In this document: one piece after another, positions 10,329 to 20,744 of the stretch | Layout: each line of letters opens with the position of its first letter | Position numbering within the stretch: position 1 is the first letter of the stretch | NCBI GenBank assembly: GCA_044507775.1 | Contig: JBIQIY010000021.1 | Location: forward strand, 22,766-86,765 | Length of the DNA: 64,000 nt | Direction: 5' to 3' | From: Flammeovirgaceae bacterium | Lineage (GTDB): Bacteria > Bacteroidota > Bacteroidia > Cytophagales > Cyclobacteriaceae | The notes under the pieces: generated by a model | What the model saw: only the letters and a program-made list of their open reading frames with translations | Database searches by the model: none | Told to the model about the DNA's origin: nothing | Position numbers and translations under genes: made by a program

Positions 10329-11450
10329 TTAATTCTTGAACATATTCGAGATACTCAGGGAGAGGTCCAGGAAGATCATTTTCGCGCTGCCGTTTCTTTC
10401 AAGGTGGTAGCCGGCATCGTTCAGTAAATTGAACGACTTCTCAATCTTGTTCACGTCGAGCACGGTGCTGAATTTTTGCACAAACTCACGTTCTTCGCCG
10501 CGCGTGCGGTTAATCGCTTCCGCTCCGGCCCTGAACAGCAAGGTCTCGCGCATCATATTCATGCTGTAGGAGATCACGTTTCTCTGCGCAAGCTTGTCAA
10601 GGGCGTGATACTGTTCCGCCATCGTGACGAGCGTATCGTATTTACGGGTGAAGCAGGCGCGCATCCAATCGGTGAAGAAAGCGGTGCTGTCATCCTTTTC
10701 CTGGCCGATAAGTTTTATTGCCAGGTTGATGTTGCCGTCCGCCAGCTGAGCGATCTTTGAGGCAGCTGATTCTTCCACTGAATGTTTGCGTTGAATATAA
10801 TTTTCAACGGCTACATCCGGCAGCAGCGGAACGTTTACGATCTGTGTGCGCGAGATGATCGTCGGCATCAACTGATCTGCCGCGTTGGTCACGAGTATGA
10901 AGTAGGTGTTAGGAGAAGGCTCCTCCAGTATCTTCAGAATTCCGTTCGCAGCGGAAGGATGCATCTTTTCCGGTTGCCAGATGATCATCACCTTGTTCCT
11001 GCTTTCGAACGGCTTGAGCGCAAGCGTCTTAATGATCTCGCGACTGGCGTCCCGCGAGATGATCGACAACTTGTCTTCTCCGCCGTAGAAGTTGCACCAG
11101 TCGTCGAGGTTGCCAAAAGGTTGCTCCAGCAGGAATGCGCGCCACGACTTTGTGATCTCCGCGCGGAGTCGATCCTCATCCTTCTCGCCTTTAACATTGC
11201 TAAGGGGAAACACGAAATGCGTATCCGGGTGAATATACTTGGCGCCCCGGGAGCACGCGGGACAAACCCCGCAAGAGTCATCACCTTTGTTTTCACAATG
11301 CAGGTACGTGGCGTAGGCAAGGGCAAGGGGCAGGTTCAGCGCGCCCTCGGCGCCCACAAAGAGTTGCGCATGGGCACTGTGATTCGTCTTTACCGCATCT
11401 GTCAGTAACTTCTTAACTTCCGTAAGAGCTGGAATTTCTTCGAACTTCAT
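10329..11450 (-). CDS. holB: DNA polymerase III subunit delta-prime
   Basis: HAQLFVGAEG, CGVCPAC zinc module, HPDTHFVFP, AANGILKILEEP, TIISRTQ. Confidence 0.9.
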   Translation of the reverse strand: MKFEEIPALTEVKKLLTDAVKTNHSAHAQLFVGAEGALNLPLALAYATYLHCENKGDDSCGVCPACSRGAKYIHPDTHFVFPLSNVKGEKDEDRLRAEITKSWRAFLLEQPFGNLDDWCNFYGGEDKLSIISRDASREIIKTLALKPFESRNKVMIIWQPEKMHPSAANGILKILEEPSPNTYFILVTNAADQLMPTIISRTQIVNVPLLPDVAVENYIQRKHSVEESAASKIAQLADGNINLAIKLIGQEKDDSTAFFTDWMRACFTRKYDTLVTMAEQYHALDKLAQRNVISYSMNMMRETLLFRAGAEAINRTRGEEREFVQKFSTVLDVNKIEKSFNLLNDAGYHLERNGSAKMIFLDLSLSISNMFKN

Positions 11451-11451
11451 G

Positions 11452-12639
11452 TCAAGCGGTGGCTTTGTGATCCCAAACCCGGTGTAGCGCAGTCATCTGA
11501 TAGACGTGCTCAAGAATACTTTTATCCGTATCATCGAAAGTTTTTCCTCTGCGTTCCATAGCTTTCCGGGCCGTTTCAAACGCCTTTTCCATTTGGTACG
11601 TGGCGATCCCCGCTGCGCCGCCCCATGCAAACGACGGAATGTATTTCCGCGGGAACCCCTCGCCAAAAACATTCGATGAAACATCGACAACTGTGCCGGT
11701 ATTAAACATCATATTAATGCTGCATTTACTGTGATCACCCATCATCAAACCGCAAAACTGCAGACCGGTCGGAATGAAAGTGTTCTCAGCGTGACTCCAC
11801 AACCTGACCTCGTCAAAAGTATTTTTCAGATTGGATGTGTTGCTGTCCGCGCCGAGATTGCACCATTCGCCGATCACCGAGCATCCCAGGAATCCGTCGT
11901 GCGCCTTATTGCTGTAGGCGAAGAGAACTGAGTTGCTCACTTCCCCGCCCACTTTACAGAACGGGCCGATGGTGGTGTCACCGCGCATCTTTCCGCCCAT
12001 GTTGATATGGCCGCCTTCGCAGAGTGCAAATGCGCCGCGGATCATGGCGCCTTCGTCCACCATGCTGTTTTTCCCCAGATAAACCGGTCCGTTTTCAGCG
12101 TTGATGATGGCTGCTCTTGTTGAAACACCCGGTTCAACAAAAACGTTTTCCTCGTTGTATACAACGGTATGGGTATCCGTAATTCCCGCCGACGTGCGGC
12201 CAGCCGTCAGCAAACGGAAGTCGACCCGGATCTGCGCGCCGTTTTCCCGGAAAATTTTCCACGGCCGGTCGATGATCGTCAGCGGCGTATCGTACTCAAT
12301 GGTATTGCCGCTCTCCATATCCCCTTCGGGATTGCGGGCGGCAATGAGCAACTTATCCTGGACCAGAAAATGATTGGCAGGAAGTGAGCGAATGGTATCA
12401 ACCAGCCTTTGATCGGGACATACCGCGCCGTTGACCAGCAAATTGTCGTCGGTACTGACATTCGGAAACTTCTTCAACAGATAACCGGCGGTTTGGAACG
12501 ACGGCTTCATGCCAAGCCATTTCTCCCACTTCTCGTCGATGGTAAGAATTCCTACGCGGATGTTGCCCACCGGTCGCGAATAAGTGAACGGAAGAAGGTG
12601 GATCCTGATGATGGGGTCGTCGAAGAGGATTAAATTCAA
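11452..12639 (-). CDS. GlmU-family putative sugar nucleotidyltransferase with left-handed beta-helix
   Basis: LLPFTYSRPVGNIRVGILTI N-terminus; hexapeptide region GPVYLG..GDTTIGPFCKVGGEVSNS, NKAHDGFLG, GLQFCG. Confidence 0.85.
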   Translation of the reverse strand: MNLILFDDPIIRIHLLPFTYSRPVGNIRVGILTIDEKWEKWLGMKPSFQTAGYLLKKFPNVSTDDNLLVNGAVCPDQRLVDTIRSLPANHFLVQDKLLIAARNPEGDMESGNTIEYDTPLTIIDRPWKIFRENGAQIRVDFRLLTAGRTSAGITDTHTVVYNEENVFVEPGVSTRAAIINAENGPVYLGKNSMVDEGAMIRGAFALCEGGHINMGGKMRGDTTIGPFCKVGGEVSNSVLFAYSNKAHDGFLGCSVIGEWCNLGADSNTSNLKNTFDEVRLWSHAENTFIPTGLQFCGLMMGDHSKCSINMMFNTGTVVDVSSNVFGEGFPRKYIPSFAWGGAAGIATYQMEKAFETARKAMERRGKTFDDTDKSILEHVYQMTALHRVWDHKATA

Positions 12640-12698
12640 ATTTCAGGATTTAAGGGTCAAAATCTAGAACTCATGAGCATACCCGCTAAAGCAGGCTT

Positions 12699-12726
12699 GC
12701 CTGCCGAAGCTTTAGCGCAGGCAGGC
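12699..12726. repeat. REP-like hairpin GCCTGCC-GAA-GCT-TT-AGC-GCA-GGCAGGC
   Basis: 7 bp outer stem, 3x3 internal loop, 3 bp inner stem, read directly. Confidence 0.7.
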
Positions 12727-12732
12727 AAAAAT

Positions 12733-12761
12733 AAAAAAGGTCTTCAGGACGAAGACCTTTT
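12733..12761 (-). terminator. Intrinsic terminator downstream of rpmE2
   Basis: AAAAGGTCTTC-aggac-GAAGACCTTTT stem-loop with A6 on the + strand (U tract on the - strand). Confidence 0.75.
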
Positions 12762-12784
12762 CACAGTGCTTATTTGAAGAATAA

Positions 12785-13033
12785 TTAAGCTTTCTTTTGA
12801 TACTTATTCTTGAATTTCTCAACACGGCCAGCGGTATCAACAAACAGCTTTTTGCCGGTGAAGAAAGGATGCGATGCAGAGCTTACCTCGACCTTTATAA
12901 CCGGGTATTCCTTGCCGTCTTCCCACTTGATCGTTTCTTTCGGGCTCTGGGTTGAGCGACTCAAAAACTTAAAATCGCTGGAAGTATCCCAGAAAACCAC
13001 GTCTTTGTACTCAGGATGAATGCCTTTTTTCAT
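12785..13033 (-). CDS. rpmE2: 50S ribosomal protein L31 type B (zinc-free)
   Basis: [35 protein letters not shown]; no CxxC. Confidence 0.96.
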   Translation of the reverse strand: MKKGIHPEYKDVVFWDTSSDFKFLSRSTQSPKETIKWEDGKEYPVIKVEVSSASHPFFTGKKLFVDTAGRVEKFKNKYQKKA

Positions 13034-13065
13034 GTCTTATAATGCTTTTTCCCTTAAAAGGACTG

Positions 13066-13073
13066 CAAAGATA
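13066..13073 (-). promoter_or_regulatory. Bacteroidota -7 promoter element for rpmE2
   Basis: CAAAGATA on + is TATCTTTG on -, about 33 bp upstream of the start. Confidence 0.6.
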
Positions 13074-13140
13074 GCCATCAAAGGCCATTATACAATGAGC
13101 GCTTTAATTATTTGTCGAGGATGATTTTTGGAGTATTTTT

Positions 13141-13157
13141 GGTTCCAAAATGGAACC
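13141..13157. promoter_or_regulatory. Putative autoregulatory operator of the toxin-antitoxin operon
   Basis: Perfect palindrome GGTTCCA-aaa-TGGAACC ending 3 bp before the antitoxin ATG. Confidence 0.55.
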
Positions 13158-13160
13158 GTT

Positions 13161-13406
13161 ATGGCCACAATCACCCTAAAAAACATCCCGGACCGGCTGT
13201 ACGAGCGCCTGAAATATTTTGCGAAACTACGGCGCAGGAGCCTGAACAGCGAAATTATCTTCAATCTTGAAAAATCTGTGGGTCTCGCCGAAGATGACCC
13301 TCAGAAGCTGCGGCAGGAAGGCAAGGCATTGCGCCAGCGCATGGGAAAGGATGCCCAATTGTCGGACGAAGAAATTGAAAGAGCTATCAACGAGGGAAGA
13401 CTTTGA
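13161..13406 (+). CDS. FitA/Arc-like ribbon-helix-helix antitoxin
   Basis: MATITLKNIPDRLYERLK..AKLRRRSLNSEII; overlaps the PIN gene by 4 nt. Confidence 0.88.
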   Translation: MATITLKNIPDRLYERLKYFAKLRRRSLNSEIIFNLEKSVGLAEDDPQKLRQEGKALRQRMGKDAQLSDEEIERAINEGRL

Positions 13407-13807
13407 TCGTCGTCGATACCAACATTATTGTGAATATGACTTTTCCCGCAAAGCACTCCTCAGCGGTCAATTCCCTTCATGAGAAAGATTCCGTCTGGGA
13501 AGCGCCGGTCTTGTGGAAAACCGAGTTCCTGAATGTGCTGTCCCTTTACTTCAGGAAGGGAATTCTAAATTATAGTGACGGACTAAACGCCCTGGACTAT
13601 GCGGAGCGGCTCATCGGAAGACGTGAGCACCGGACTGACGCCCGGCAGGTGATCGAAGTTATGGCAAATAGCACTTGTTCGTCGTATTCTTGTGAATTCG
13701 TTGCTCTGGCCCGACAGCTCGGCACGCAGCTCATTACGTACGACAAAAAATTGCTCAGCGAATTTACTCAACTGGCACTGACCCCCGAACAATACCTTGA
13801 ACAGTAA
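13403..13807 (+). CDS. vapC: PIN-domain VapC/FitB toxin
   Basis: IVVDTNII, LWKTEFLNVL, CEFVALARQLG, LITYDKKL; TTG start coupled to the antitoxin. Confidence 0.88.
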   Translation: MIVVDTNIIVNMTFPAKHSSAVNSLHEKDSVWEAPVLWKTEFLNVLSLYFRKGILNYSDGLNALDYAERLIGRREHRTDARQVIEVMANSTCSSYSCEFVALARQLGTQLITYDKKLLSEFTQLALTPEQYLEQ

Positions 13808-13808
13808 A

Positions 13809-15485
13809 ATGCGATTGTACTTCCTTTTCTTCGCGATACCGGTGGTATCCCTTGCCCAGAGCACGAACGCGCCGCTAAACGAAGGTTACTATCACCTGCT
13901 CGACCGGTACGAGGTGAAGTCAGGGATGATCATGCCACAGTTATTTACGACGATCAAGCCGTATCAGCGCTCTGGTATCGTTAGTTATGTCGATTCGCTC
14001 GGTGCGCTCGGTGTTTTCAATTCAGCTGCCGATGCATTCAACCGGGAGTACCTGACCAACGACAGCTGGGAATGGTCTTCCGCCAACACGAATGATAGCA
14101 GGCGCCCGTTTCTGAAACATTTCTATAAGAAGAAGTCCGACTTTTTTTCCGTGACCACGCCGGAATTTGACCTGCATGTCAATCCCGTTCTTTACCTGGG
14201 CGCAGGAAAGGATTCACGCCGCGATGAGATGCTCTTTATCAACACGCGTGGTGTGGAAGTCCGGGGCATGGTCGACAAAAAAGTCGGGTTCTATACTTAC
14301 CTCGCAGACAACCAGGCGATGCTGCCTGCTTATGTAGATGAGCGAAGAGGGTCAACCGGTGTCGTCCCGCATGAGGGGTACACCAAGAGATACAAGGACG
14401 GTGAGGGAGTTGATTTTCTCCATGCGCGGGGTTACATCTCCTTTGCGGCTACGAAGAACATCAATCTGCAATTCGGTCACGACCGTTTCTTTATCGGGAA
14501 TGGGTACCGGTCACTCGTGTTTTCCGACTACGCGCCACCTGCCCTTTTTCTGAAGGGCAATGTGAAGGTATGGAAGCTGAACTACTTGTTCATGTTGAAC
14601 CAGATGACCGCCAGCCGCGATCGGCGGGGCGCGAATGGCAATTTCAGGGGCTACCCGAACAAATTCGTGGCGCTGCATCATCTCAGCCTCAACATCGGCA
14701 GGAAGTTGAACATCGGCGTTTTCGAATCTGTGATCTTCAGTCCCAATGACTCAACCGGCACCGATCATTTCCGGCTCGAGTATCTGAATCCCATCATTTT
14801 CTATCGCGCGATCGAGCAGCAAAACGGCAGCACAGACAATGTTCTCCTCGGCTTTGACTTCAAATGGAATGCGCTCAAGCGAGTTTCTTTCTACGGGCAG
14901 TTCATGCTCGACGAATTCGTCATCAACAACATCCGGGATGCAAACGGATGGTGGGCGAATAAATTTGCCGTGCAGTTAGGTGGCAAGTACATAGATGCGT
15001 TCGGTCTGGCCAATCTCGATCTTCAGGGAGAGGTAAACGTCATCCGGCCTTACACGTATTCGCATCACACCATTTTCGGAAGCTACACGAATTATCTCCA
15101 GCCTATCGCCCATCCGCAGGGCGCTAACCTGAAGGAGATTGTCGCGATTGTGCGGTACCAGCCCCTGGGGCGGTTGAATGTTACCGGGAAGCTTGTATAT
15201 ACCGATGTTGGGCGCGACCGCGAGGGCGAAAACTGGGGCGGCGACATTTTGAAAGACAACAGCACGCGCGAAATGGAATACGACAATACCATCGGTCAGG
15301 GCGTCGCGAACGACATTTTGTTCGGAAGCCTGACAGCGTCCTGGCAATTGAAGCACAATCTTTTTGTGGATGCTTCCGTTGTCGTCCGGGAGAGCAAAAG
15401 CCCGGAACCCATGTACAACAATAATACTGCGATAACTTCTTTAGCTTTGCGCTGGAACATCGCGCAACGCCTCTACGATTTTTAA
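13809..15485 (+). CDS. Outer-membrane beta-barrel protein, capsule-assembly Wzi/RemB-like
   Basis: Signal peptide; QFGHDRFFIGNGYRSL, YLNPIIFYRAIE, DNVLLG.D, YGQFMLDEF and RPYTYSH motifs; C-terminal Phe. Confidence 0.7.
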   Translation: MRLYFLFFAIPVVSLAQSTNAPLNEGYYHLLDRYEVKSGMIMPQLFTTIKPYQRSGIVSYVDSLGALGVFNSAADAFNREYLTNDSWEWSSANTNDSRRPFLKHFYKKKSDFFSVTTPEFDLHVNPVLYLGAGKDSRRDEMLFINTRGVEVRGMVDKKVGFYTYLADNQAMLPAYVDERRGSTGVVPHEGYTKRYKDGEGVDFLHARGYISFAATKNINLQFGHDRFFIGNGYRSLVFSDYAPPALFLKGNVKVWKLNYLFMLNQMTASRDRRGANGNFRGYPNKFVALHHLSLNIGRKLNIGVFESVIFSPNDSTGTDHFRLEYLNPIIFYRAIEQQNGSTDNVLLGFDFKWNALKRVSFYGQFMLDEFVINNIRDANGWWANKFAVQLGGKYIDAFGLANLDLQGEVNVIRPYTYSHHTIFGSYTNYLQPIAHPQGANLKEIVAIVRYQPLGRLNVTGKLVYTDVGRDREGENWGGDILKDNSTREMEYDNTIGQGVANDILFGSLTASWQLKHNLFVDASVVVRESKSPEPMYNNNTAITSLALRWNIAQRLYDF

Positions 15486-15489
15486 CTGA

Positions 15490-17319
15490 ATGAAAGTTTA
15501 TTTCCGCATTCTCTCATACGCCCCGGGGCTGATATCACGACTCGTCCGGTTCCTGATCTTTTCCGTGCTCGGGATCCTTTTCAGCGTCGTGAACATTGCG
15601 CTGGTGATTCCCATGCTCAACATACTCTTCGGCTACCAGGAGGACGCATCGACGGCGGTATCAATCAAGCCCGAGTTTTCGCTATCGCCGGACTTCATCA
15701 TTGACACGTTTAATTACTATTTCACCACTATCATTCGTGAACACGGAGTGATGGACGCCATGCTGTTTATCTGTGGGTCTATTGTGCTCAGCATGATCCT
15801 GACCAGCCTGTTCCGGTATATGGAGCGAATGGTGGCATCGCGCGTGAAAGTGGACATTGTGAAAAACCTGCGCATGGATCTCTTCAGCAATGTGTCGCGG
15901 CTTCACATTGGTTACTTCAACAACCAGCGAAAGGGCGACCTCATTTCGCGGTTTACGAGCGACCTGGCGGAAGTAGAGAATGCCGTCGTGAACAGCCTCA
16001 AGTTTGTGATGAAGGAGCCGATCACCATCATTGTGTATTTCAGCGTCCTCTTTTTCATTTCGTTCAAGCTCACATTGTTTACCCTGATATTGCTGCCTGT
16101 AACGGGAGGCATACTAGCGGAGATCATCAAGCGCCTGAAGCGCCGGGCGGTGCAGAGCCAGGAGTCTATGGGAAGGATTGTCAATATCCTGGACGAAACC
16201 TTTTCAGGCATGCGGATCGTGCAGGCCTTTAATGCCAGGCCTTTTATTTTGAAGAAGATCGACGACGAAACAACCTTTCACCGCAGGGCCAATCTTTCGA
16301 TCGCGCGCAAGAACGAGCTGGCCTCACCCGTCTCGGAAACACTGGGTGTCATGATCGTCGCCGGGATCATCCTGTTCGGTAGTTCGCTGGTGCTGGGAGA
16401 TGACCCGTCCATTACCCCTGGAGAATTCATGCTGTTCCTCGGTCTCTTCGCCCAGGTCATTCAGCCTGCCAAGAATTTCTCGAACGGGATCACGTCCGTT
16501 CAGAAGGGAACGATTTCCGCACAGCGGATCTTTGATGTCATCGATACCGTTCCGGCGATTGTCAACAAGCCCGGGGCGAAAGTGCTCGCCGGCTTCGAGG
16601 GCGAGATCGAGTTTGAAAACGTGAGCTTTGCTTATGACACAGAGCCTGTGCTGGAGGACATCAACCTTCGGATCGCGAAGGGCAAGACCATTGCGCTGGT
16701 GGGGCCTTCGGGTGGCGGAAAGTCGACGCTTGCGGATCTCGTTCCGCGCTTCTACGATCCTTCGTCCGGTGTAGTGAAGCTCGATGGCATCCCGCTTCCC
16801 GACTATGACCTCACGTCACTGCGCAGTTTGATCGGCGTGGTCACGCAGGAATCCATTCTGTTCAACGATACGATCCTGAACAACATTGCATTCGGGATGG
16901 AGAGCGTGCGCAAGGAAGATGTCATTCATGCGGCAAAGGTTGCGAATGCCCACGACTTTATTATGCAGACCGAGCACGGTTATGAGACCACGATAGGCGA
17001 GCGGGGATCGAAGTTATCCGGTGGTCAGCGGCAGCGCATCAGCATTGCGCGGGCGGTGTTGAAGAACCCTCCGATCCTGATACTGGACGAAGCAACCTCG
17101 GCACTGGATTCCGAATCCGAGCGTTTGGTGCAGGACGCTTTGAACAACCTGATGCAGAACCGCACATCGCTCGTGATCGCGCACCGTCTCAGCACGATCC
17201 AGCACGCCGATGAGATCGTTGTCGTGCAGAACGGGCGCATCGTGGAGCGGGGGAGTCACGAGGACCTGGTGCGGGAGGGCGGCCTCTATCGAAAGCTGAG
17301 CGAGATCCAGAAGGCCTAG
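15490..17319 (+). CDS. MsbA-like ABC exporter (fused TMD-NBD)
   Basis: TM domain plus GPSGGGKS, LSGGQRQR, ILILDEATSALD, IAHRLST. Confidence 0.95.
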   Translation: MKVYFRILSYAPGLISRLVRFLIFSVLGILFSVVNIALVIPMLNILFGYQEDASTAVSIKPEFSLSPDFIIDTFNYYFTTIIREHGVMDAMLFICGSIVLSMILTSLFRYMERMVASRVKVDIVKNLRMDLFSNVSRLHIGYFNNQRKGDLISRFTSDLAEVENAVVNSLKFVMKEPITIIVYFSVLFFISFKLTLFTLILLPVTGGILAEIIKRLKRRAVQSQESMGRIVNILDETFSGMRIVQAFNARPFILKKIDDETTFHRRANLSIARKNELASPVSETLGVMIVAGIILFGSSLVLGDDPSITPGEFMLFLGLFAQVIQPAKNFSNGITSVQKGTISAQRIFDVIDTVPAIVNKPGAKVLAGFEGEIEFENVSFAYDTEPVLEDINLRIAKGKTIALVGPSGGGKSTLADLVPRFYDPSSGVVKLDGIPLPDYDLTSLRSLIGVVTQESILFNDTILNNIAFGMESVRKEDVIHAAKVANAHDFIMQTEHGYETTIGERGSKLSGGQRQRISIARAVLKNPPILILDEATSALDSESERLVQDALNNLMQNRTSLVIAHRLSTIQHADEIVVVQNGRIVERGSHEDLVREGGLYRKLSEIQKA

Positions 17320-17383
17320 CCGTTTTGACCGCTTTTATTTTTGGATTACCTTTAGCGCGGAGTCTTAAAATCCGCTATCGTTC

Positions 17384-17716
17384 ATGAAAAAGAGCAGACT
17401 TATTTTTTATCTCCTATTCGCTTTGTTTCACATCGCGGCTTTCATTTTTACCGTGGCGCTGGGGAACGATTCGGGTTTTCTGATGAGCATGTTCAAGTGG
17501 GTCCCGTATTTTAAATGGGTCACACTTATAGGGGTAGCCTTTGTGCTCGTCGACTTTGTCTGGTCGTGGATTGCACTAAAAGAGCGCAGTCATGAGAAAG
17601 AAGCATTGACGCACGAGGTGAATACTTTGAAGGCGAAACTTTTCGATTTGCAGGAGGATATTTCAAAGAAGGCATCGGCTCCGAAGCCCATCAATCCGCC
17701 TCCGGCGCAACCTTAG
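17384..17716 (+). CDS. Hypothetical two-TM membrane protein with C-terminal coiled coil
   Basis: Two hydrophobic segments followed by LTHEVNTLKAKLFDLQE. Confidence 0.75.
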   Translation: MKKSRLIFYLLFALFHIAAFIFTVALGNDSGFLMSMFKWVPYFKWVTLIGVAFVLVDFVWSWIALKERSHEKEALTHEVNTLKAKLFDLQEDISKKASAPKPINPPPAQP

Positions 17717-18053
17717 GGAAAAACTTTCGGGCGTGCCCTTTGATTTCGTAGATCGATATTTTTTCTTCAAGCCCGTCATGCAGCTCCACACCCATTCGCG
17801 GTGTCCGCCTGAACCTCTGTGGTGATGCAGCAGAAAGTAAAGGGCGTCCGTAATGGCATCGTCCGGGTCCACGTCTGATTTGGTTGTTTTATCTACGTCT
17901 TTTTTTCGTCTCCTTCCATAAGGTCCGCCTTCAACCTTTCATCACTCACAAAAAATGCGGGGAGCGCAGCATGGGACGCGGGTCCGTTTTCAGATAATAG
18001 AATTCCGGCGGGGCAGGATGGATGATGGAATGGGTAGCTGAAGAAACACCAGT

Positions 18054-20270
18054 GGAACGAAATTAAAGCAAACAGTTACAGAGAACAGCAACACAAAGGT
18101 TACGGATTATGTTAGGGGATTTGTTTATGAACGCGATACCTTGCGTTTCTTTTCGATTCCGAAAGGCAGAGTTGTCAACAATGACGGAGAGTTTGAGTAT
18201 CAGTTCATGTTAAAGGATCATTTGGGAAACATCCGGGTCCTTTATGGAAACCCTTTTGAGGGGAATAACCTCGTTGAGAATAGCGATTGCAACACGATCG
18301 ATTTTTTCCCACCTGTACAGAATGTCACGCAATCCCTGGAAACAATAGAAGGTGAGAGCTACATTAAATTTGTGGCAAACCAAACTTGGAGCACTCCTGG
18401 CATGCTAACGCAAAGCATCAGTGTCAAAGCCGGGGAAAAATATACGTACAAAGTCAAAGGTTATCGGGCCAATCACCCTGCGAGTGGGGCTTATCTTTAT
18501 GTATACACAAGCACAGGTGACCTTCTTTGGCCGGGCGCGAAGCTGCCATATGGACGTGAGAATGAAACCTGGGTTTCCAGTGATTTCACTATACCCGATG
18601 GTGTCACAGCAATTCAGCTCGGAGTACTTTGGACCTCTGGCGACGGCCTTGCTGTGGGTGATGTCTTCTACCTGAACGAAGTTGCCCTGTTTAAACATCG
18701 AGATGACGATTACATTGGAGGCTTTGAGGTCAGCGACCAAGAGCATGAATTTGACGAATTTTCTAACTATCACCCTACGAAGATCAACACCTCGGGGGCG
18801 TATTCGCGGACAGGCACCAGTGCTTACCGTTTAACCGGCTCCACTCAGGTTAGCAATGAGGTAGTCGGCGCAGCAAAAAGCCTTCGTGTGTTCCCGGGTG
18901 ATGCCGTATATCTGGAGGTTTATGGAAGATATCTAACCGCGACCGGTAATGGTACAGATGTTGGGTCAGTTATTGCGGGGGCGCTGCAAAATGCTTTCGG
19001 ACTGTCGGCAGGTGGCGCCACGGATGTTGCATATCAGTCAATTGGTAACCTTTTCGGCGAAGGGGCCATCATTGGTACGACTGCTTACGCTGTCGAGGAC
19101 GAGGTTTCACCAAAGGCTTTCTTAAATTACATTCTTTTTGATGACGACTATGTACCATACGACTTTGGTTATGACCAGATTGAAACCACCGGTGCAATCC
19201 CCGGTAGTAGCAGTGATAGAATGAATCTAGTGGCAAAAGTGCAAAAGCCCGGTTATATTTACATCTATATTAGCAACGAAAACGACGTAGAACAGGAGGT
19301 GTATTTTGATGACCTGGCAATTAAGCATGTAAAGGGAGTGGCGATACAGCAAAATGACTACTATCCGTTTGGGCTGACTTTTAATTCTTATCAGAGGGAA
19401 AATTCTGTTGACCAGCGGTGGAAATTCCAAGGGCAGGAGCATATTGATGATTTGGATTTAGGGTGGGACTCTTTCAAATGGAGAAACTACATGCCTGATA
19501 TTGGAAGGTTCTTTAATGTTGATCCTCTTGCACCTAAATACGTTTACAATAGTCCTTATGCTTTTAGTGAGAATCATGTTACTTCTCACATTGAATTGGA
19601 AGGATTAGAAAAGGTATCTATTCACGTAAGGCATTTTATACCAGAAGCTAGAGCAGGCGGTGGGTTCTACAGGGGTGACAATAGAGGATTCACTACACGT
19701 TCAAATGTGACATCAAGAGTCAGTCACACTGTTACAGTTGATACTCAAACTAAGGGATTTTCAACCTCTACAGTTAGTAGCCCGACTAAATTTTATCCTG
19801 CTGGCCCATTGTCGGACAAAGGAATCGAAAGGACCTCTGCCCCTGAAGTCAAAGATGTTTCTGTTTCCTCAGAAAATAAATCGATTAACGTTTCAAGTGA
19901 GTATTCTGCGGCTGATCCTTTAGCGCTAGGTGCAGCTCCTGATATAGACTTCAAAAACAGTTATAGTATCACACCAGATTATGAGAATGGATCGGTAACA
20001 GTAACGGGTGCTACAACAGGTGACCAATATCCGGCTGCCGAATCATTTGTTAGTGATGAAGCTGGGAACAGGGTTTTTGTTGGAGTAGCACCTGCTGAGG
20101 GAAGTATTATGGCTTCATATGGAACGGGCGATAAAAATTTAATTAATAATACGGTCAGGATAGCAACAGATGCCAACGGTAATTTTACGGGTGTCTATGG
20201 GAGTGATGGAAAAGTTATTCCAGTTGATGAATACAACAAGCAATATCAATCAACAAACACTAGTCAATAA
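18054..20270 (+). pseudogene. Orphan (5'-truncated) RHS toxin cassette 1: partial core, CBM-like insert, linker, RHS-associated core and unknown C-terminal tip
   Basis: RHS-like frame from GTKLKQ..TDYVRGFVYE through LKDHLGNIRV to DYYPFG..DIGRFFNVDPLA..SPYAFSEN..ELEGLE; in-frame TGA at 18039 and no ATG before the homology begins. Confidence 0.85.
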
Positions 20271-20740
20271 TGTTCAAGAGAGTTTCTTTGTACCTTTTAG
20301 TTTTATTAGCTCAAATTGTAATGTCGTGTTCAGGCAATAAAGACGGGCGGATAATCTTAATACCTAAGGGTTATGAGGGTATTGTGGTGATCATTTATGA
20401 CGTAAAAGACGGAGCTGAAAAGGAATATGAGAATGGTAAACAGGTTTTCAGGATACCTGTGAATGGCGTTTTAAAAACTCAATTTTCTTTAGACGCAACA
20501 TGGGTAGAGAGTGATGATATCAACTACTTTTATGAAAATGGTAGACGCACCGAAATCACTAGGGTAGACTTTCCTAGTGAGATACCGAGTAGTACTGTGC
20601 AAATAATTGGCGAGCAAGTTGGCGTTACATCGGGAATAGCAAATACCTATTTTAGTTTTTTAGTATGTCCTAACAATAAATCGGACAGTTTATCTCGATT
20701 ACGAGAGAGATTGGATTTTAAAGAATTAATAACAAAATGA
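20270..20740 (+). CDS. Putative immunity lipoprotein for cassette 1 (resembles DUF6843 proteins, from memory)
   Basis: TAATG overlap with the toxin stop; lipobox VMSC; ILIPKGYEGIVVIIY..GVLKTQ motif. Confidence 0.75.
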   Translation: MFKRVSLYLLVLLAQIVMSCSGNKDGRIILIPKGYEGIVVIIYDVKDGAEKEYENGKQVFRIPVNGVLKTQFSLDATWVESDDINYFYENGRRTEITRVDFPSEIPSSTVQIIGEQVGVTSGIANTYFSFLVCPNNKSDSLSRLRERLDFKELITK

Positions 20741-20744
20741 TCTG

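Noticed and set aside
17663-17950. Small minus-strand ORF(s) at the left edge of RHS island 1
   Set aside because: No recognisable motif, several short competing frames, and overlap with the upstream gene end
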